Shown piece after piece: positions 62,279-64,000 of a DNA stretch of 64,000 nucleotides (within the stretch, counting starts at the first letter, position 1; every line of letters starts with the position of its first letter). The DNA is from an uncultured Planctomycetales bacterium. GTDB taxonomy: Bacteria > Planctomycetota > Planctomycetia > Pirellulales > S012-138. The position numbers were made by a program, and so were the translations under genes. The stretch covers positions 1,809 to 65,808 of the forward strand of contig CALBRZ010000046.1 in assembly GCA_937927735.1 (NCBI GenBank), written 5' to 3'. The notes under the pieces are model-generated. The model had not been told where the DNA came from. It was given only the letters and a program-made list of their open reading frames with translations, and made no database searches.

Positions 62279-62325
62279 CAGCGGGCCGTCCCCAGCCATG
62301 TGCCGGGGGCGGCCCGCTGTTTTTT
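62279..62325 (+). terminator. intrinsic terminator after the YTV-repeat gene
   Basis: 10-bp stem CAGCGGGCCG / CGGCCCGCTG (62279..62288 and 62310..62319), 21-nt loop, then TTTTTT (62320..62325). Confidence 0.65.
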
Positions 62326-62384
62326 GCCCAGATCCAAGCAACATTCCAGCCGGTCGTCGCGCGATCAGCCTGGCGTCATCGGGC

Positions 62385-64000
62385 TCATGCCTCTGCTTGT
62401 TCCTTCGGCTCAAACCAGCGGTAAATGGCCGGTAGCACCAGCAGCGTAAGAATTGTGCAAGTGACCAGGCCGCCGATCACCACCGTGGCCAGAGGGCGTT
62501 GCACCTCAGCGCCGGCGCTGGTCGAGAGGGCCATCGGCACAAAGCCCAGCGCGCCGCACGTGGCGGTCATCAGCACCGGCCGCAACCGGTCGATCGAGCC
62601 CTGCACGACGCTGTCCCACTGGCTGTGCCCATGCAGCCGCAGATGGCGGATGTGCTCGATCAGCACCACACCGTTCATCACCGCGATACCAAACAGGGCA
62701 ATGAAGCCCACGCCAGCCGAAATGGAGAACGGCATGTCCCGCATCCACAGGGCGAAGATCCCACCGGTGGCCGCAATCGGCACATTCAAATAGATCAGCA
62801 GCGTGAGCTTCACCGAGCCGAAGGTGATGAACAGCAGCGAGAAAATCAGGAACAAGGCCACCGGCACGGCGATCATCAATCGGGCGGTCGCCTGCTGCAG
62901 GTTCTGGAACTGGCCGCCCCATTCCAGCGTATAACCCGCCGGCAGCTTCACGCCTTCGGCCACTTTGCGCTGGGCGTCGGCCACGAAACCGGCCAGGTCG
63001 CGTCCGCGGACGTTGCATTGCAGCAACAAGCGCCGCCGCACCGAGTCGCGGCTGATTTCCGCCGGGCCGTCTTCCACCTGAATATCGGCCAATTGCGAGA
63101 TCGGAATCTGCCGGCCGCGCGGATCGGCAATCTTCAGCTGCCGCAGCTTGTCGACGTCCTGCCGCCAGTCCGGAGCAATCCGCACCTGGAGCGGGAACCG
63201 CCGCTGGCCTTCAAACACTTCGCCCACTACCGTGCCCCCCACAGCGCTCACGGCATCGAGTACGTCCTTGGCGTTGATGCCGTATCGGGCAATTGCGTCG
63301 CGTCGCACTTGCACTCGCAGGTATGGCAAGCCCGCAATCTGCTGTGCCTGCACATCGGCAGCTCCTTCCACCTGGCTGAGCACCTGCACGATCTGATCGC
63401 CCACGGTCTTGAGCGTATCCAGGTCGTCGCCGTACAGGCTGAGCCCCACGTCCGATCGCACGCCGGCCACCAGTTCCTGCACACGCAGCTCAATGGGCTG
63501 AGTGAAACCGTACGAGTTGCCCGGCACTTCGCGTTCCAGGGCTTGCTGCATGGCCGCAACCAGCTCTTCCTTGGAGATCGGTTCCGGCCATTCGCTTACC
63601 GGCTTCATGCGGATGAGGATATCGGTCTGATGCACGCCCATCGGGTCGTTGGCGATTTCGGGACGCCCCGTCTTGGAAACCACGCTTTCGACCTGCGGAA
63701 ACTTCAACAGCGTGCGTTCCATCGCCTTGGTCATTTCGAGCGAGGTTTCCAGCGACACACTGGGCAGCCGCACCGCCTGGATGGCGATATCGCCTTCATC
63801 GAGCTTGGGCACGAACTCCACGCCAAAGCCGGCCGCCGCCACCACGCTCAGGGCGAAAATGGCCGCCGCCGACGTGATCATCACCGCCGGCCGGCCCATG
63901 GCGAACATCAACAGCGGACGGTAACCGCGTTTGAGCCACCGCACAAGGAACGTATCGCGGGCTTGCACCTTGCGGGCCAGAAACAGCGAGGCCATCACCG
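62385..64000 (-). CDS. RND efflux permease, CusA/CzcA heavy-metal-efflux-like (C-terminal part; 5' end beyond the window)
   Basis: The ORF is open to the window edge. It shows typical RND periplasmic/TM alternation and CzcA-like stretches (VVSKTGRPEIANDPMGVHQTDILIRMKP, FALWMRDMPFSISAGVGFIALFGIAVMNGVVL). Confidence 0.85.
   Translation of the reverse strand, partial: VMASLFLARKVQARDTFLVRWLKRGYRPLLMFAMGRPAVMITSAAAIFALSVVAAAGFGVEFVPKLDEGDIAIQAVRLPSVSLETSLEMTKAMERTLLKFPQVESVVSKTGRPEIANDPMGVHQTDILIRMKPVSEWPEPISKEELVAAMQQALEREVPGNSYGFTQPIELRVQELVAGVRSDVGLSLYGDDLDTLKTVGDQIVQVLSQVEGAADVQAQQIAGLPYLRVQVRRDAIARYGINAKDVLDAVSAVGGTVVGEVFEGQRRFPLQVRIAPDWRQDVDKLRQLKIADPRGRQIPISQLADIQVEDGPAEISRDSVRRRLLLQCNVRGRDLAGFVADAQRKVAEGVKLPAGYTLEWGGQFQNLQQATARLMIAVPVALFLIFSLLFITFGSVKLTLLIYLNVPIAATGGIFALWMRDMPFSISAGVGFIALFGIAVMNGVVLIEHIRHLRLHGHSQWDSVVQGSIDRLRPVLMTATCGALGFVPMALSTSAGAEVQRPLATVVIGGLVTCTILTLLVLPAIYRWFEPKEQAEA

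Overview
High-GC chromosomal window whose gene content looks like Planctomycetota, Pirellulales-like. This rests on my recall of family distributions: a DUF1559 prepilin-like protein, a YTV-repeat protein, a PVC-type heme-binding dehydrogenase, DUF1080, DUF11 and a sulfatase. About 40 protein genes can be supported. On the minus strand, 161..12642 holds a respiratory supercluster: Alternative Complex III (actA, actB, actC, actD/E, actF), a small membrane protein, SCO1, and caa3 oxidase subunits II and I. After that come yidC, a cyclophilin, an SBP-like gene coupled to a secreted-protein gene, a DUF1559 gene, a fused 5-oxoprolinase, leuS, a GNAT-proline dehydrogenase fusion, a ferredoxin, zinc-ribbon proteins, an interrupted sulfatase, a DAHP synthase, a kinase/GTPase/membrane-protein trio, a sigma-54 activator next to a YTV-repeat gene, and a truncated RND pump. 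I found no rRNA, tRNA, CRISPR array, transposase or integrase. Many long ORFs in the six-frame track are antisense shadows of real genes, as is typical of high-GC DNA, and several track starts were trimmed to internal starts that remove overlaps. The strongest non-obvious signal is a 23-codon leader ORF with six consecutive Tyr/Trp/Phe codons, followed by an intrinsic terminator just upstream of DAHP synthase (52820..52992, minus strand). This is a candidate ribosome-mediated attenuator. Other items worth a second look:
- a near-consensus sigma-54 promoter between an orphan NtrC-type activator and the YTV-repeat gene
- four tandem GGGA-N-TCCC palindromes upstream of a GTPase gene
- a YidC carrying two PDZ domains
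- a GNAT-PRODH fusion
- a sulfatase with TGA replacing the conserved Trp codon
- a small Cys-rich ORF bracketed by an 11-bp direct repeat
All family assignments come from motif recognition by eye, not from database searches.
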